A DNA stretch of 64,000 bases from an uncultured Trueperaceae bacterium (GTDB lineage Bacteria; Deinococcota; Deinococci; Deinococcales; Trueperaceae): contig CAWFFU010000003.1 in NCBI GenBank assembly GCA_963815215.1, forward strand, positions 96,001 to 160,000, written 5' to 3'. The notes below the pieces were generated by a model that saw only the letters and a program-made list of their open reading frames with translations, had not been told where the DNA came from and did not search any database. Position 1 is the stretch's first letter, and each line of letters opens with the position of its first letter. A program made the translations under genes and the position numbers. Below are positions 10,198-22,850 of this stretch, piece after piece.

Positions 10198-10414
10198 AGC
10201 GAGCGGCGCTCGGGTGCTGCTGGGGGTGCGCGGCATGGACACCGCAGCCAGCCGACAGCGCGTCGAGGAGGCCCTGAAGTCCGTGCGCGGCGTGACTGCG
10301 GTGGAAGCCAGCAGCGACCTGCAGGTGGCGGTGGAGTACGACGCCGGCGAGGTGACGGTCATGGACCTGATCCGCGCGCTGCGGCGGATCGGCTTCCTCG
10401 CCGGCATGGAGTAG
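10190..10414 (+). CDS. Heavy-metal-associated (HMA)-like domain protein lacking CxxC
   Basis: LGVRGMDTAASRQRVEEALKSVRGV...VEYD...LIRALRRIGF matches the HMA pattern but has no cysteines. Confidence 0.65.
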   Translation: MAEASGARVLLGVRGMDTAASRQRVEEALKSVRGVTAVEASSDLQVAVEYDAGEVTVMDLIRALRRIGFLAGME

Positions 10415-10419
10415 CTCCG

Positions 10420-10728
10420 ATGGCCGGCCACCCGGTGTACGTGGGGGTGCTGCTCATCACCCTGGAGATGCCGGGCGTGCGCAGCCTCAAGCAGAAGCGC
10501 TCGCTCATCCTTCCCGTCACGGAGCGCCTCAAAGCGCGCTTCCCGGTGTCGGTCGCCCGCCTGGAGGGGTTGGACGCCCACGCCTGGGAGCGGATCGGCA
10601 TCAGCGCCATCAGCGCCGATGCGGCGTGGCTCGACAGGACCCTGGGCTCGGCCCTCGCATTCGTCGAGGGTCGCGGCCTGGGCGTGCGTGCGTCGTCGAT
10701 CGAGGTCGAGGTCTGGGACGAGGGGTGA
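10420..10728 (+). CDS. DUF503 (YlxP-like) protein
   Basis: VGVLLITL..PGVRSLKQKRS...LKARFPVSVA motif. Confidence 0.85.
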   Translation: MAGHPVYVGVLLITLEMPGVRSLKQKRSLILPVTERLKARFPVSVARLEGLDAHAWERIGISAISADAAWLDRTLGSALAFVEGRGLGVRASSIEVEVWDEG

Positions 10729-10887
10729 GCCGGCCGTTGCCGGCGGCGGCGGTGCGGTCAAGGCCACGAGGACCCGCCGCGGCACGGGCTAGAATGCGTT
10801 GACGACGTTACCGAGCCCGAACGGCCCGAGCTCGACCCGCTGGCGGCCGACGGTGCCGCTGCGGCGAGTGAACGGGAGGAACCTGGA

Positions 10888-11289
10888 GTGGAGGAAGGCA
10901 AGGCAGGGCAGAACGCGCCCCGCCCCACCAAGCGCAAGGCCAAGGAGCGGGAGATCGATCGCATCCACGTGTCCGACGACGCGCTGGCGTCGATCCTGGG
11001 TCTGGCCGCGCACGAGGTTCCGGGCGTGGTCGGCATGGCGCCCGCCAACATCGGCGAAGGCCTGCGCCGCGTGCTCGGCCTCTCACAGGTCGACGAGGGC
11101 GTCGTGATCGAGCACCCCAAGGGTGAAGCGCGGGCCGACGTGGACATCCACGTGGTGGTGGCGTACGGCGTCAACATCCCGGTGGTGGCGGGGTCGGTCC
11201 GCGAGCGCGCCCGCTACGCCGCTAAGCGCTTCGCCGGCATCGACCTGGACGACGTGCGTGTTCATGTGGACGGGGTCAGCCGTGGCTGA
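10888..11289 (+). CDS. Asp23/Gls24 family protein (YloU-like)
   Basis: AAHEVPGVVGM, VDIHVVVAYGVNIP, VRVHVDGV; directly upstream of the DAK2 gene. Confidence 0.85.
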   Translation: MEEGKAGQNAPRPTKRKAKEREIDRIHVSDDALASILGLAAHEVPGVVGMAPANIGEGLRRVLGLSQVDEGVVIEHPKGEARADVDIHVVVAYGVNIPVVAGSVRERARYAAKRFAGIDLDDVRVHVDGVSRG

Positions 11290-12886
11290 TGTCGCGACCC
11301 GGGAGCCGGAGACCCTGGGAGCGCGTCAGCTCAGCCGCGCCTTCAGCTACGCCACCGAGTGGCTCGGCGTGTACGTCGACGAGGTCAACGCCCTCAACGT
11401 CTACCCGGTCCCCGACGGCGACACCGGGACCAACATGCACCTCACCATGCAGTCGGTCCGGCGCCAGCTCGCAGACGAGAACCCGGGCACCATGGAGGCC
11501 TTCGCGCACGCCCTGTCCTACGGCTCTCTGCTCGGCGCGCGCGGCAACTCCGGAGTGATCCTGTCGCAGGTGCTCAAGGGCTTCGGGGACGCGGCGCGGC
11601 TTCACGAGCGCCTGGGCGGGCGCGAGATCGCGGCGGCTCTGGCGGCCGGGACCAAGAGCGCGTACCACGCGGTCATGAAGCCGGTGGAGGGGACCATCCT
11701 GAGCGTGGTGAAGGCCGCTGCGGAGTCGGCCCGCAAGGTCGGCTCGCGGCCGCCGTTGGACGTGCTGCGCGTGTCGTTCCAGGCCGCCTCGGAGGCGCTC
11801 GAGCGCACGCCCGATCAGCTCGCCATCCTCAAGCAGGCGGGGGTGGTGGACGCCGGAGGCAAGGGCCTCGTGCGGGTGTTGGAGGGGTTGCTCGCGTACT
11901 TCGACGGCCTCGACCTGCCGGCGCCGCCGGAGGTGACGGAGCGGGCGCAGACGCAGTTCGGCGAGGAAGAGTTCGGTTTCTGCACGGAATTCCTTCTTTC
12001 GGACGTGACGGTGGCGACTCGCGAGATCCAGAAGCTGGTCGCGCCGTACGGCGATTCGCTGCTGGTGGTGGGGGCCGAGGGCTACGTCAAGGGCCACATC
12101 CATACCGAGGAGCCTGAGAAGCTGCTCGCGGACGTGGCGCACTTCGGCACCATGGTGCGCTCCAAGGTGGAGGACATGAGCGAGCAGCACCACGAGATCC
12201 TGGCCGACGTGGAGCCGGAGGAGGCCGAGCCGGCGCGCACGGGGCTGGTGGCGGTGTCGAGTGGATACGGCGTGACGCGCGTGTTCCGCAGCCTGGGCGT
12301 CCGCGTGGTCGGTGGTGGCCAGAGCGACAACCCGAGCGTGGAAGACATCGCCGACGCCGTACGGTCGGTGGGGGCGCCCGACGTCATCGTGATGCCGAAC
12401 AACAAGAACATCGTGATGGCCGCCGAGCGCGTTCGCGAGGTGGTCAAGGACAAGCACGTCGAGGTGCTGCCGACGCGAACGCTGGGCCAGGGACTGGCGG
12501 CGGCCGTGCTGTTCCAGGAGGGCGAGGACGTCGCCGCGCTCCTCGAGGCCATGCGGGAGGCGGCGGACGCATCCCTCACGCTCGAGGTGACGAAGGCAAG
12601 CCGCAGCGCCACGATCGAGGGCGTCGAGATCGCGCAGGGGGACTTCATCGGGCTCGCAGACGGCGAGCTCAAGGTCGCCGATGAGGAGGCCGATGCCTGC
12701 CTGCTGGCGCTGCTGGAGGACCGTGCGGCCGACTACGAGATCGCTACGCTGTTCTACAGCGCGTCCTTGGGCCGGGAGCGCGCCGAAGGGCTGGCCGAGA
12801 CGGTCCGGCAGCGCTTCCCCGAGCTGGAGCTGGAGCTGCTGGCCGGCGCTCCCGACCTCTACCCCTACCTGATGTCGCTGGAGTGA
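11282..12886 (+). CDS. fakA: DAK2-domain fatty acid kinase subunit A (FakA/YloV)
   Basis: NALNVYPVPDGDTGTNM, GARGNSGVILSQ, KPVEGTIL, GVVDAGG, FCTEF, GHIHT. Confidence 0.92.
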   Translation: MADVATREPETLGARQLSRAFSYATEWLGVYVDEVNALNVYPVPDGDTGTNMHLTMQSVRRQLADENPGTMEAFAHALSYGSLLGARGNSGVILSQVLKGFGDAARLHERLGGREIAAALAAGTKSAYHAVMKPVEGTILSVVKAAAESARKVGSRPPLDVLRVSFQAASEALERTPDQLAILKQAGVVDAGGKGLVRVLEGLLAYFDGLDLPAPPEVTERAQTQFGEEEFGFCTEFLLSDVTVATREIQKLVAPYGDSLLVVGAEGYVKGHIHTEEPEKLLADVAHFGTMVRSKVEDMSEQHHEILADVEPEEAEPARTGLVAVSSGYGVTRVFRSLGVRVVGGGQSDNPSVEDIADAVRSVGAPDVIVMPNNKNIVMAAERVREVVKDKHVEVLPTRTLGQGLAAAVLFQEGEDVAALLEAMREAADASLTLEVTKASRSATIEGVEIAQGDFIGLADGELKVADEEADACLLALLEDRAADYEIATLFYSASLGRERAEGLAETVRQRFPELELELLAGAPDLYPYLMSLE

Positions 12887-12994
12887 GCGTTCGCGGGCCC
12901 GCGCGGTGCGCCGTGGAGCGGATAAGTGAAGTATGAAGGGAACCGCAACCATGCCTCGAGCACGACGGCTACACTTCGAGTAGGAGGCTTCAAC

Positions 12995-13825
12995 ATGAGA
13001 AGACTCGCATGGATCGCGGCACCGGTCTTGCTGGCGGGTGTGTTGTCGGCATGCAGCATCACCGTCACCTACGACCCTCCTCCCAACGCCACACCCGTCA
13101 CGGCGAACGCAGACAACAACACGCCAGTGGACTCGAGCGTGACCGTGCCGGGCAATTCGACGATGTACTTCGACGTTGCTCTGCCCAGCTCCGTCCGGGC
13201 CTACCCGCTGGTGTACTTCGAGCTCACGGCCGACCTGAACCTGAGCCTGATCAACTACAGCAGCGCCTACCAGACGCTCGCGTCGAGCAGCAGCGCGAGC
13301 TACTTCGCGTCAGGAAGCGTGGGGCTGGCGTCACTCGCCGGCGGTGGCGGGCCGATCGCCCAGTCGATCGGGGTGTCCTACGCCTGTCAGGGCTCGTGCA
13401 TCATCTGGCCGACGAGCGGCACCACCCACTACTACCTGGGGGTGGAGAACACCGGCAGCTCGCCGGCGACGTTCGACCTCTACGTGTACGGCTACCACTA
13501 CCAGGACTCGAATGAGCCGGGGAACAACGTGCAGGCCGGGGCGGTCCCGCTGAGCTCGGGATCGGCGGACTCCGGCGCCATCGAGACGCTCGGCGACGTC
13601 GACTGGTGGTACATGACGGCTTCGGGCAACGTGAGCTTCACCAAGGTGGTGAGCCCGGTATCGTTGCAGGCCCTGCTGTACGACAGCGGTGGCGGCTACA
13701 TCGCTACCTTCAACCCTTCGGCGGGCGGTACCATCCCGGTCGTGGCGGGCGATTCCTTGAAGATCGAGTCCGCCAACGGCTACGCCGGCTCGACGGCCGT
13801 GAGCCGCTACGACCTGACGTACTGA
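12995..13825 (+). CDS. Lipoprotein, Ser/Thr/Tyr/Gly-rich beta-sandwich (PPC-like domain at C-terminus)
   Basis: Signal peptide with lipobox LSAC; DSNEPGNN...GAIETLGDVDWW resembles pre-peptidase C-terminal domains; AGGAGG RBS. Confidence 0.65.
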   Translation: MRRLAWIAAPVLLAGVLSACSITVTYDPPPNATPVTANADNNTPVDSSVTVPGNSTMYFDVALPSSVRAYPLVYFELTADLNLSLINYSSAYQTLASSSSASYFASGSVGLASLAGGGGPIAQSIGVSYACQGSCIIWPTSGTTHYYLGVENTGSSPATFDLYVYGYHYQDSNEPGNNVQAGAVPLSSGSADSGAIETLGDVDWWYMTASGNVSFTKVVSPVSLQALLYDSGGGYIATFNPSAGGTIPVVAGDSLKIESANGYAGSTAVSRYDLTY

Positions 13826-13893
13826 GCGGCCCGGACATCGAGCCGGTCGACGCCTCACATGAAGCTCGCCGCATGGCCCGATAGACTCGGGCC

Positions 13894-14808
13894 ATGCGGC
13901 GTCTCCTACTCGTTCTCATCGTCCTTGTCGTTGGGTCGGTAGCCTCCGCCCAGATCTGCGTCAGCGAGCTTCGTGCCGCTCTCACGGACCTGAGCACCGA
14001 TCGCCCGGCGAGCGGGGTGGACGCGGCGCTGGTGGTGGAGCGGGCGGTGCGGCTGGTGGAGCCGGCGCTTCCGCGCATGGTGGTGGTCGACAAGCTACCC
14101 ATCGCCAAGACCGACCCGCACTACGGTGACGTGCTCTACCTGGCCGAGCGAAGGCTGCTCCCCGGGAGCTGGAAGCCGGGTTCCATCGACGCCGGGACCT
14201 GGCAGGCCATGCTCGATCGCTTCCAGAGCTGGTACAAGGTGAAGCCGTTCAAGGTCCATGCCCCGAAGCGTGTCAGCGACCTGCTGCTCGACGGTGGTAC
14301 GGCGCTCGAACACGTGTCGCGGGCGATCCGTCCGGCTGCGCTGCTCGCCTCCGACCCGACCGATCCGAAGCGCATCGCGTTCTGGGCCATCATCTGGAAC
14401 TGGACGGTGTACCCACGTCTCATCGTGCTGCATCCCCGCAGCGACGTGTCGCTGGCGAACGGACCGACGGCGGTCCTGCAGCACATGGGCGACTGTGCCG
14501 TGCACATCACCAGCTACGTGATGGCGCCCGCCCGGGACGCCGCGCAGCTCTTCCTGGCGACCAACCAGTCGCGCATGTATGTCGTGGGCGGCGTTCCGGC
14601 CGGTACCGCCACGTGGCCGAAGCCGGTCGCCGCCGGGCAAGAGCTCGACACCTTCGCGTTCCGCACGCCCCTGGTGAAGGACCTCGACCGCTTCGCCGCA
14701 GTGTTCGACGGCCCCGGGGTCGGCTTCCGGACCGTCTTCGAATTGCTGCCGAAGCTGCGCACGAACATGTCGCCCACGCGCTTCCTCAGCTACATGAAGA
14801 CGCCCTGA
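13894..14808 (+). CDS. Exported hypothetical protein with a possible degenerate SLH-like segment
   Basis: Sec signal (ASA-Q); PIAKTDPHYGDVLYLAERRLLPGSWKPGSIDAGTWQAMLDRF loosely resembles an SLH repeat; TAGACT 6 nt before the ATG. Confidence 0.55.
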   Translation: MRRLLLVLIVLVVGSVASAQICVSELRAALTDLSTDRPASGVDAALVVERAVRLVEPALPRMVVVDKLPIAKTDPHYGDVLYLAERRLLPGSWKPGSIDAGTWQAMLDRFQSWYKVKPFKVHAPKRVSDLLLDGGTALEHVSRAIRPAALLASDPTDPKRIAFWAIIWNWTVYPRLIVLHPRSDVSLANGPTAVLQHMGDCAVHITSYVMAPARDAAQLFLATNQSRMYVVGGVPAGTATWPKPVAAGQELDTFAFRTPLVKDLDRFAAVFDGPGVGFRTVFELLPKLRTNMSPTRFLSYMKTP

Positions 14809-14832
14809 CGACGGAGGCGGGTGCGGCCGAGC

Positions 14833-15723
14833 TCAGGGGCGCGCGTCGAGCGCGCGGTTGACGGCGTCGCGCATGTCGCGTGCGGCGGCCGCCGCAGCGG
14901 CCGCCAGGTCGTGGACGTTCGTCGCGGGCAGGTAGGTGAGCGAGCGGCTGGCGCTCACCACGGCCCCGAGACCGTTGGCATCGAACGCCGCGGCGACGTC
15001 TTCGGCCGCGGCGCCCTGGGCGCCGTACCCGGGAACGAGCAGCACGCCTGCCGGCACGCGCTTGCGCAGGGCCGCCAGGGCCGCGGGGTAGGTCGCTCCG
15101 ACCACAACGCCGAGCGCCGTGTAGCCGTTGGCGTCGCGGGGGAGGTCTCTCGCTCGGTCCGCCAGCCGATCGGCCAGCGCCTGGTAGAGCATGCGGCCGT
15201 CCGCGAGGGTGAGGTCCTGGAGGTCGGCGCTGCCCGGATTCGACGTCTTGAGCAGCACGAACAGTCCACGGCCGTGGATCAGGGCCGCGTCCAGGAAGGG
15301 TTCGAGCGTGTCGAAGCCGAGGTAGGCGTTGACGGTGAGCGCGTCGGCAGCGAACTCCCCGTCCGCCAGGTATGCCTGCGCGTACGCCTCCGCGGTGCTA
15401 CCGATGTCGCCGCGCTTGCCATCGAGGATGGCCGGGATGCCCAGCTCGTGGGCGGCGCCCAGCAGACCGGAGAGCGCTCGCAGGCCCGGGACCCCCATGG
15501 CCTCGAAGAAGGCGGCCTGCAACTTGCAGCAGGCGATGGTGTCCGCGCTGGCGCGAAGAATCGCTGCGAAACTCGCCTCAACGGCGTCGGCGATCCGCTC
15601 GGCATCGTCGCCCAGGTTCGCCGGATCGGTCAGTGGGCTGAGGGCCGGGCGCGGGTCGATGCCAAGGCAGACACGCGAGTCGATCGCGACGATGCGCTCG
15701 TGCAGACGTCCGACGAAGTCCAT
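14833..15723 (-). CDS. pyrF: Orotidine-5'-phosphate decarboxylase
   Basis: CLGIDP, ILDGKRGDIGST, TVNAYLG, KTSNPGS, VVGAT, LVPGYGAQG, SASR. Confidence 0.95.
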   Translation of the reverse strand: MDFVGRLHERIVAIDSRVCLGIDPRPALSPLTDPANLGDDAERIADAVEASFAAILRASADTIACCKLQAAFFEAMGVPGLRALSGLLGAAHELGIPAILDGKRGDIGSTAEAYAQAYLADGEFAADALTVNAYLGFDTLEPFLDAALIHGRGLFVLLKTSNPGSADLQDLTLADGRMLYQALADRLADRARDLPRDANGYTALGVVVGATYPAALAALRKRVPAGVLLVPGYGAQGAAAEDVAAAFDANGLGAVVSASRSLTYLPATNVHDLAAAAAAAARDMRDAVNRALDARP

Positions 15724-15795
15724 GCCGGGCTCAGCATAGCAGGCGGGGCAAGGTGAGCCGGACCGTGGCCGGCGGCAACCCGGCGTTCGGTGCCG

Positions 15796-15923
15796 GGCCG
15801 CCGCCTTCCCGTGGCGATGGGCATTGCCGGGTGGGAGCATGCCGCCGGTATTGGGGGCTAGGCCGCCGCCTTCCCGTGGCAATGGGCATTGCCGGGTGGA
15901 GTTGTGGCCCCCGGTGTTGGCGG

Positions 15924-15950
<27 letters not shown>
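15796..15950. repeat. Degenerate tandem repeat, 65-66 bp period, 3 copies, the last being the secA 3' end
   Basis: GGCCGCCGCCTTCCCGTGGCRATG at 15796-15819, 15861-15884 and 15927-15950; the first two are followed by GGCATTGCCGGGTGG. Confidence 0.9.
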
Positions 15951-18713
<2,763 letters not shown>

Positions 18714-18862
18714 TCAAGACCTTCCAGCGCGCGCGGGCGGGATGATGGTCGCCTCTTCCGGGCTCCGGGCGCGGCGGTAACATGCTACTTTAGCACGCCC
18801 TCACGGGCCTGCCGGTAGGCGGAGACAGGCTTCCGGCGCCATCGGCGGGGGCCGGCCGGCCC

Positions 18863-19402
18863 TCAGTCCGAGCGCCGCAGCAGAGTCAGGGCGTTGGTCC
18901 CGTAGCGCTTCTCGCGCGGCGCCTCCAGGTCCGGCGGGAGCTCGAGCGTCGGCGGTTCGCGGCTGGGGTGCTGGAACACGTAGAGCCCACCGGCGCGGGC
19001 GCTGCCGGCAGCGAGGATCGCCTGGAAGATGGGCGTCAACGCCAGATCGTACGGCGGTGCCGCGAACACCACACCGAACGCTCGTGGATGCTCGCGCGCG
19101 AAGTGCAGCGCGTCGCCGCGCACCACCTCGACCCGCAGGGCGGCGCGCGCCGCGTTGCCCCGGATGATCGCGGCCGCTTCGCGCGAGAGATCGACACAGG
19201 TGGCGTGCCAGCCGCGGCTGGCGGCCTCCAGGCCGATCGCGCCCGAGCCGCTGAAGAGATCCAGGAAGGTGTCGCCCTGCTCGAAGGCCAGGATGTCGAA
19301 CAGCGCCTCGCGCAGCCTCGAAGGGCTGGGGCGCGTTCCGCGGCGTGGTGTGTCCAACTCGCGGCCCTTGGCGCTACCGCCCAGGATGCGGGGGTGACTC
19401 AC
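18863..19402 (-). CDS. rsmD: RsmD-family 16S rRNA m2G966 methyltransferase
   Basis: RILGGSAKGREL, TRPS..RLREALFDIL, FLDLFSGSGAIGLEAASRG, APPY, KRYG. Confidence 0.85.
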   Translation of the reverse strand: MSHPRILGGSAKGRELDTPRRGTRPSPSRLREALFDILAFEQGDTFLDLFSGSGAIGLEAASRGWHATCVDLSREAAAIIRGNAARAALRVEVVRGDALHFAREHPRAFGVVFAAPPYDLALTPIFQAILAAGSARAGGLYVFQHPSREPPTLELPPDLEAPREKRYGTNALTLLRRSD

Positions 19403-19461
19403 GGGCGGTCCTCGGCGGCCATCACGACCGTCATGCTACCAGCGCTGGGCGCGGCGGCGGG

Positions 19462-20169
19462 TCACAGCCCGAGGTACGCCTCCTTGACGCGCGGGTCGTG
19501 CAGCAGGTCGTCGGCGCCGCCTGTCAGCGCCACCTGGCCGCGCTCGAGCACGTAGCCGCGGTGGGCGACCGACAGCGCGCTGTTGACGTCCTGCTCGACC
19601 AGCAACACGGTGACCCCTTGCTCGTGGATGTCGGCGAGCACCTCGAGCAGCCGTTCCACGATGACCGGCGCCAGCCCCAGGCTCATCTCGTCGACCATCA
19701 GCAACCGCGGCGCCGCCATCAGGCCGCGCGCCATGGCGCACATCTGCTGCTCGCCGCCCGACATGCTCCCGGCGAGCTGGCGGCGCCGTTCGCCCAGAAC
19801 GGGGAAGAGCTCGTACATCCGGTCGAAGTCGCGCCGCACCGCGGCGGCGTCCCGCCGCCGGAACGCGCCCATGCGCAAGTTGTCCTCGACGGTCATGCGG
19901 TCGAACAGTTGGCGTCCCTCGGGCACCTGCACCAGGCCGCGCCCGAAGGCCTCGTCGGGGCTGATCGACGATGCCGGCTGGCCGGCGAATCGGACCTCGC
20001 CGCGGCTGGGGATCACCCCGGAAAGGGCGCGCAGCAACGTCGTCTTACCGGCGCCGTTGCTGCCGACGACGGCGACGATCTCGCCCTCGTCCACGCGCAG
20101 CTCCAGATCATGCAGGACCACGGCGTCGCCGTACCCGGCGCTCAGGCCGGAGACCTCCAACAGTGCCAT
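19462..20169 (-). CDS. livF: Branched-chain amino acid-type ABC ATPase (LivF-like)
   Basis: GSNGAGKTT, VPEGRQLF, MSGGEQQM, SLGLAP, EAYLG. Confidence 0.88.
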   Translation of the reverse strand: MALLEVSGLSAGYGDAVVLHDLELRVDEGEIVAVVGSNGAGKTTLLRALSGVIPSRGEVRFAGQPASSISPDEAFGRGLVQVPEGRQLFDRMTVEDNLRMGAFRRRDAAAVRRDFDRMYELFPVLGERRRQLAGSMSGGEQQMCAMARGLMAAPRLLMVDEMSLGLAPVIVERLLEVLADIHEQGVTVLLVEQDVNSALSVAHRGYVLERGQVALTGGADDLLHDPRVKEAYLGL

Positions 20170-20922
20170 CTAGTGCCGCCTCCTGCCCAGGTACGCTTCG
20201 ATGACCTTGGGGTCGTCGAGCACGTCCTCGGCCGTGCCTTCGGCGATGAGCTGGCCGTACTGCAACACCAGCAGCCGGTCGGAGAGTTGCCGGATGGCCT
20301 TGACCACGTGCTCGATCACCAGGATGGTGGTGCCGCCGTCGCGGATGCGGCGGATGAGGTCGACCACTTCGTCGATCTCCACGGCGTTGAGCCCGGCCAT
20401 GACCTCGTCGAGCAGCAGCAGCCGGGGTTTCAGCGCCAGGGCCTTGGCGAGCTCCAAGCGCTTGCGGTCGGGGCCGCCGAGGGCGTCGGCGGGCTGGTCG
20501 AGCTTGTCGCCCAACCCGGTGAACTCGAGCCAGTGCGCGGCCGCGTCCCGGGCCGCCGGCATCGAGCGTTCCGGCTGACGACCGAACAGCGCGCCGGCAG
20601 TGACGTTGTCGAGGACGCTCAGGCCGGGGAACGGCTTCATGATCTGGAAGGTGCGGCCGATGCCAAGATGGGCGCGGCGGTAAGGGGGGAGGCCCCTGAG
20701 GGGTCTCCCGTCGAACAGGAGCGCTCCGCTGGTCGGTTCCTGGGTGCCGCTGATCAGGTTGATCAGCGTCGTCTTGCCCGCGCCGTTGGGGCCGATGAGG
20801 CCCAGGATCTCGCCCTCGGCGTGGCGGAAGGAAACGTCGGACACGGCTACCAGACCGCCGTAACGCTTGCTGACGTGGCGCGCCTCGAACAGGGCCCCGC
20901 CGCTCCCGGCCGACGCCGTCAC
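20170..20922 (-). CDS. livG: Branched-chain amino acid-type ABC ATPase (LivG-like)
   Basis: GPNGAGKTT, GIGRTFQ, LLLLDE, IEH, VIEAYLG; GTGA overlap with the upstream gene. Confidence 0.88.
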   Translation of the reverse strand: MTASAGSGGALFEARHVSKRYGGLVAVSDVSFRHAEGEILGLIGPNGAGKTTLINLISGTQEPTSGALLFDGRPLRGLPPYRRAHLGIGRTFQIMKPFPGLSVLDNVTAGALFGRQPERSMPAARDAAAHWLEFTGLGDKLDQPADALGGPDRKRLELAKALALKPRLLLLDEVMAGLNAVEIDEVVDLIRRIRDGGTTILVIEHVVKAIRQLSDRLLVLQYGQLIAEGTAEDVLDDPKVIEAYLGRRRH

Positions 20923-21866
20923 AGCCGTGTCTCCCGGACCGTGTCGAGGAAGTAGGCCAGCCCTCGACGGGGGAGTTTGCGCACGGCGTCGATGACGCCG
21001 CGCGGCGTGAACACCACCGCGGCGATGATCACCAGGCCGAAGAAGAGACTGGCCACGCCGGTGACGTAGGACGCCAGCACCTCGGCCACGCCCGACAACA
21101 GGAAGGCGCCGATGACGGGCCCGATGACGGTGCCGGCTCCGCCGAACACCGCCATGATGATCATGCGTACGTTGAGCGAGATATCGAAGGCGCTGGCGGG
21201 ATCGATGAAGGTGATCCAGTAGGCATGGATGCCCCCGGCCAGGGCGCTGAACAGGGCGGCCAGACCGAACGCCAGCGTCTTGTAGAGCGTGGTCGGGATG
21301 CCCATGACTTCGGCGGCGTCCTCGCGTTCGCGGATGGCGATGAGGCCGAAGCCGAAGCGGCTTCGCGACAGCCACAGCACCGTCAGCGTGGCGAGCACCA
21401 CCAGGCCCAGGCTGAGTTCGTAGAACATGGTGTCGCCGCGGATGAGCGGCAGGATGAGTCCGGTGTTGCGACCGGTGATATCGAGGTTGGCGATGATGGC
21501 CGCGACGGCTTCGGAGAGGGCGAGCGTGGTGATGGCGAAGTAGTGGCCCCGCAAGCGCAACACGGGCAGGCCGAGCACCAGCGCGAACCCCACCGCCACG
21601 CCGGCGCCGATGACCAGCCCCAGCCAGAACGGCAGCTTGAACTGTACCATCGCCACCGCCGTACCGTAGGTGCCGAGGCCGTAGAACACCGAGTTCCCGA
21701 ACGAGGCGTACCCGGTGAAGCCGCCGATGATGTTCCAGCCCTGGGCCAGCACCGCCAGCAGGAGCGTGCTGATGCCGAACTGGACGATCACCGGCGACAG
21801 CGTGAACGGCACCAGCGCCAGCGCGGCCACCGCCGCCAGCGCCAGGATCCAGACCAGGGCCCTCAC
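20919..21866 (-). CDS. livM: Branched-chain amino acid-type ABC permease (LivM-like)
   Basis: WNIIGGFTGYASFG, LRLRGHYFAITTL, AIREREDAA, GGAGTVIGP. Confidence 0.88.
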   Translation of the reverse strand: MRALVWILALAAVAALALVPFTLSPVIVQFGISTLLLAVLAQGWNIIGGFTGYASFGNSVFYGLGTYGTAVAMVQFKLPFWLGLVIGAGVAVGFALVLGLPVLRLRGHYFAITTLALSEAVAAIIANLDITGRNTGLILPLIRGDTMFYELSLGLVVLATLTVLWLSRSRFGFGLIAIREREDAAEVMGIPTTLYKTLAFGLAALFSALAGGIHAYWITFIDPASAFDISLNVRMIIMAVFGGAGTVIGPVIGAFLLSGVAEVLASYVTGVASLFFGLVIIAAVVFTPRGVIDAVRKLPRRGLAYFLDTVRETRL

Positions 21867-22723
21867 GTGGTCCTCCCCAGGATGCCGGTGGGGCGAACGA
21901 TCAGCACCAGCACCAGCAGGCCCAGGCTCACCGCGTCACGGTAGGTGGGACCGAGCCACAGGCTGCCGAACGCTTCGGCCAGCCCCAGCACCAGGCCGCC
22001 GACGATGACGCCGAGCGGGTTGTCCAGGCCGCCGATGATGGCGATCGCGAAGGACTTGGCGGTCAGCGGGACGCCCACGTAAGGGGTGAGCTGGGCGACG
22101 ACGCCGTAGAGCGTGCCGGCGCCGCCTGCCAGCGCCGCGCCGATCCCGAACGTCAGGGCGTAGGCGAAGCGCGGCGGCACCCCGTGTAGGCGCGCCGCGT
22201 CGAGGTTCTGGGCGGTCGCGCGGATAGCGCGTCCCCAGCGCTGACGCTTCAGGAAGAGCGCGAGCAGGCCGGTGAGCAGCATCGCCACCACGAAGGCCAT
22301 CAGGTTGGCCCAGGGGATGGTGACGCCCAGGAACTGGAAGTTGCTCCCGGCGTAAGCGGGACGGATGGTCCTGAGGTCGGCCGAGAACAGGAGCTGTGCG
22401 AGATAGGTCAACACCACGTCGATGCCGAAGGTGACGAGCAGCATGTTGAACATGGGGGCGCGGACCAGGAAGTTGAGAAGCCCCCACTGGATCAGATAGC
22501 CGACCACGAACATCGCCGCCATCACCAGCGGCAAGCTCGCGAAGGGGTCGAGGCCCAGGCCCGTGAAGAGGTAGTAGGCAAGGTAGCCGCCCAGCATGAT
22601 GAAGGCCCCGTGGGCGAGGTTGATGATGTCGAGCACGCCCCACACCAGAGCCAGCCCGAGCGCGACGACGGCGTACAGGCCGCCCAGCAGGATGCCGTTG
22701 GTGAGGACCTGGAGGACTAGCAC
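21863..22723 (-). CDS. livH: Branched-chain amino acid-type ABC permease (LivH-like)
   Basis: GLALVWGVLDIINLAHG, GRAIRATAQN, IIGGLDN, VRPTGILG. Confidence 0.88.
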   Translation of the reverse strand: MLVLQVLTNGILLGGLYAVVALGLALVWGVLDIINLAHGAFIMLGGYLAYYLFTGLGLDPFASLPLVMAAMFVVGYLIQWGLLNFLVRAPMFNMLLVTFGIDVVLTYLAQLLFSADLRTIRPAYAGSNFQFLGVTIPWANLMAFVVAMLLTGLLALFLKRQRWGRAIRATAQNLDAARLHGVPPRFAYALTFGIGAALAGGAGTLYGVVAQLTPYVGVPLTAKSFAIAIIGGLDNPLGVIVGGLVLGLAEAFGSLWLGPTYRDAVSLGLLVLVLIVRPTGILGRTT

Positions 22724-22754
22724 GGTCGCCCCCTACGCGGCGGGCGCGTGCAGG

Positions 22755-22790
22755 CGCGCCGCGACCGACCCGGAGGTCGATCGCGGCGCG
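22755..22790 (-). other. Intra-operon stem-loop after the substrate-binding gene
   Basis: Minus strand CGCGCCGCGATCGACC-TCCG-GGTCGGTCGCGGCGCG, a 16-bp stem with one G-U pair. Confidence 0.6.
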
Positions 22791-22850
22791 GGTCGGCGGC
22801 GGCCCGCCTGTCCAGGACGGGCCGCACGCGGACTCCGGGTTCGCAGGGCG

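Noticed and set aside
19399..19425. Short upstream ORF whose stop overlaps the rsmD start
   Set aside because: rsmD has its own GAGGA RBS, and an 8-codon ORF is indistinguishable from chance.
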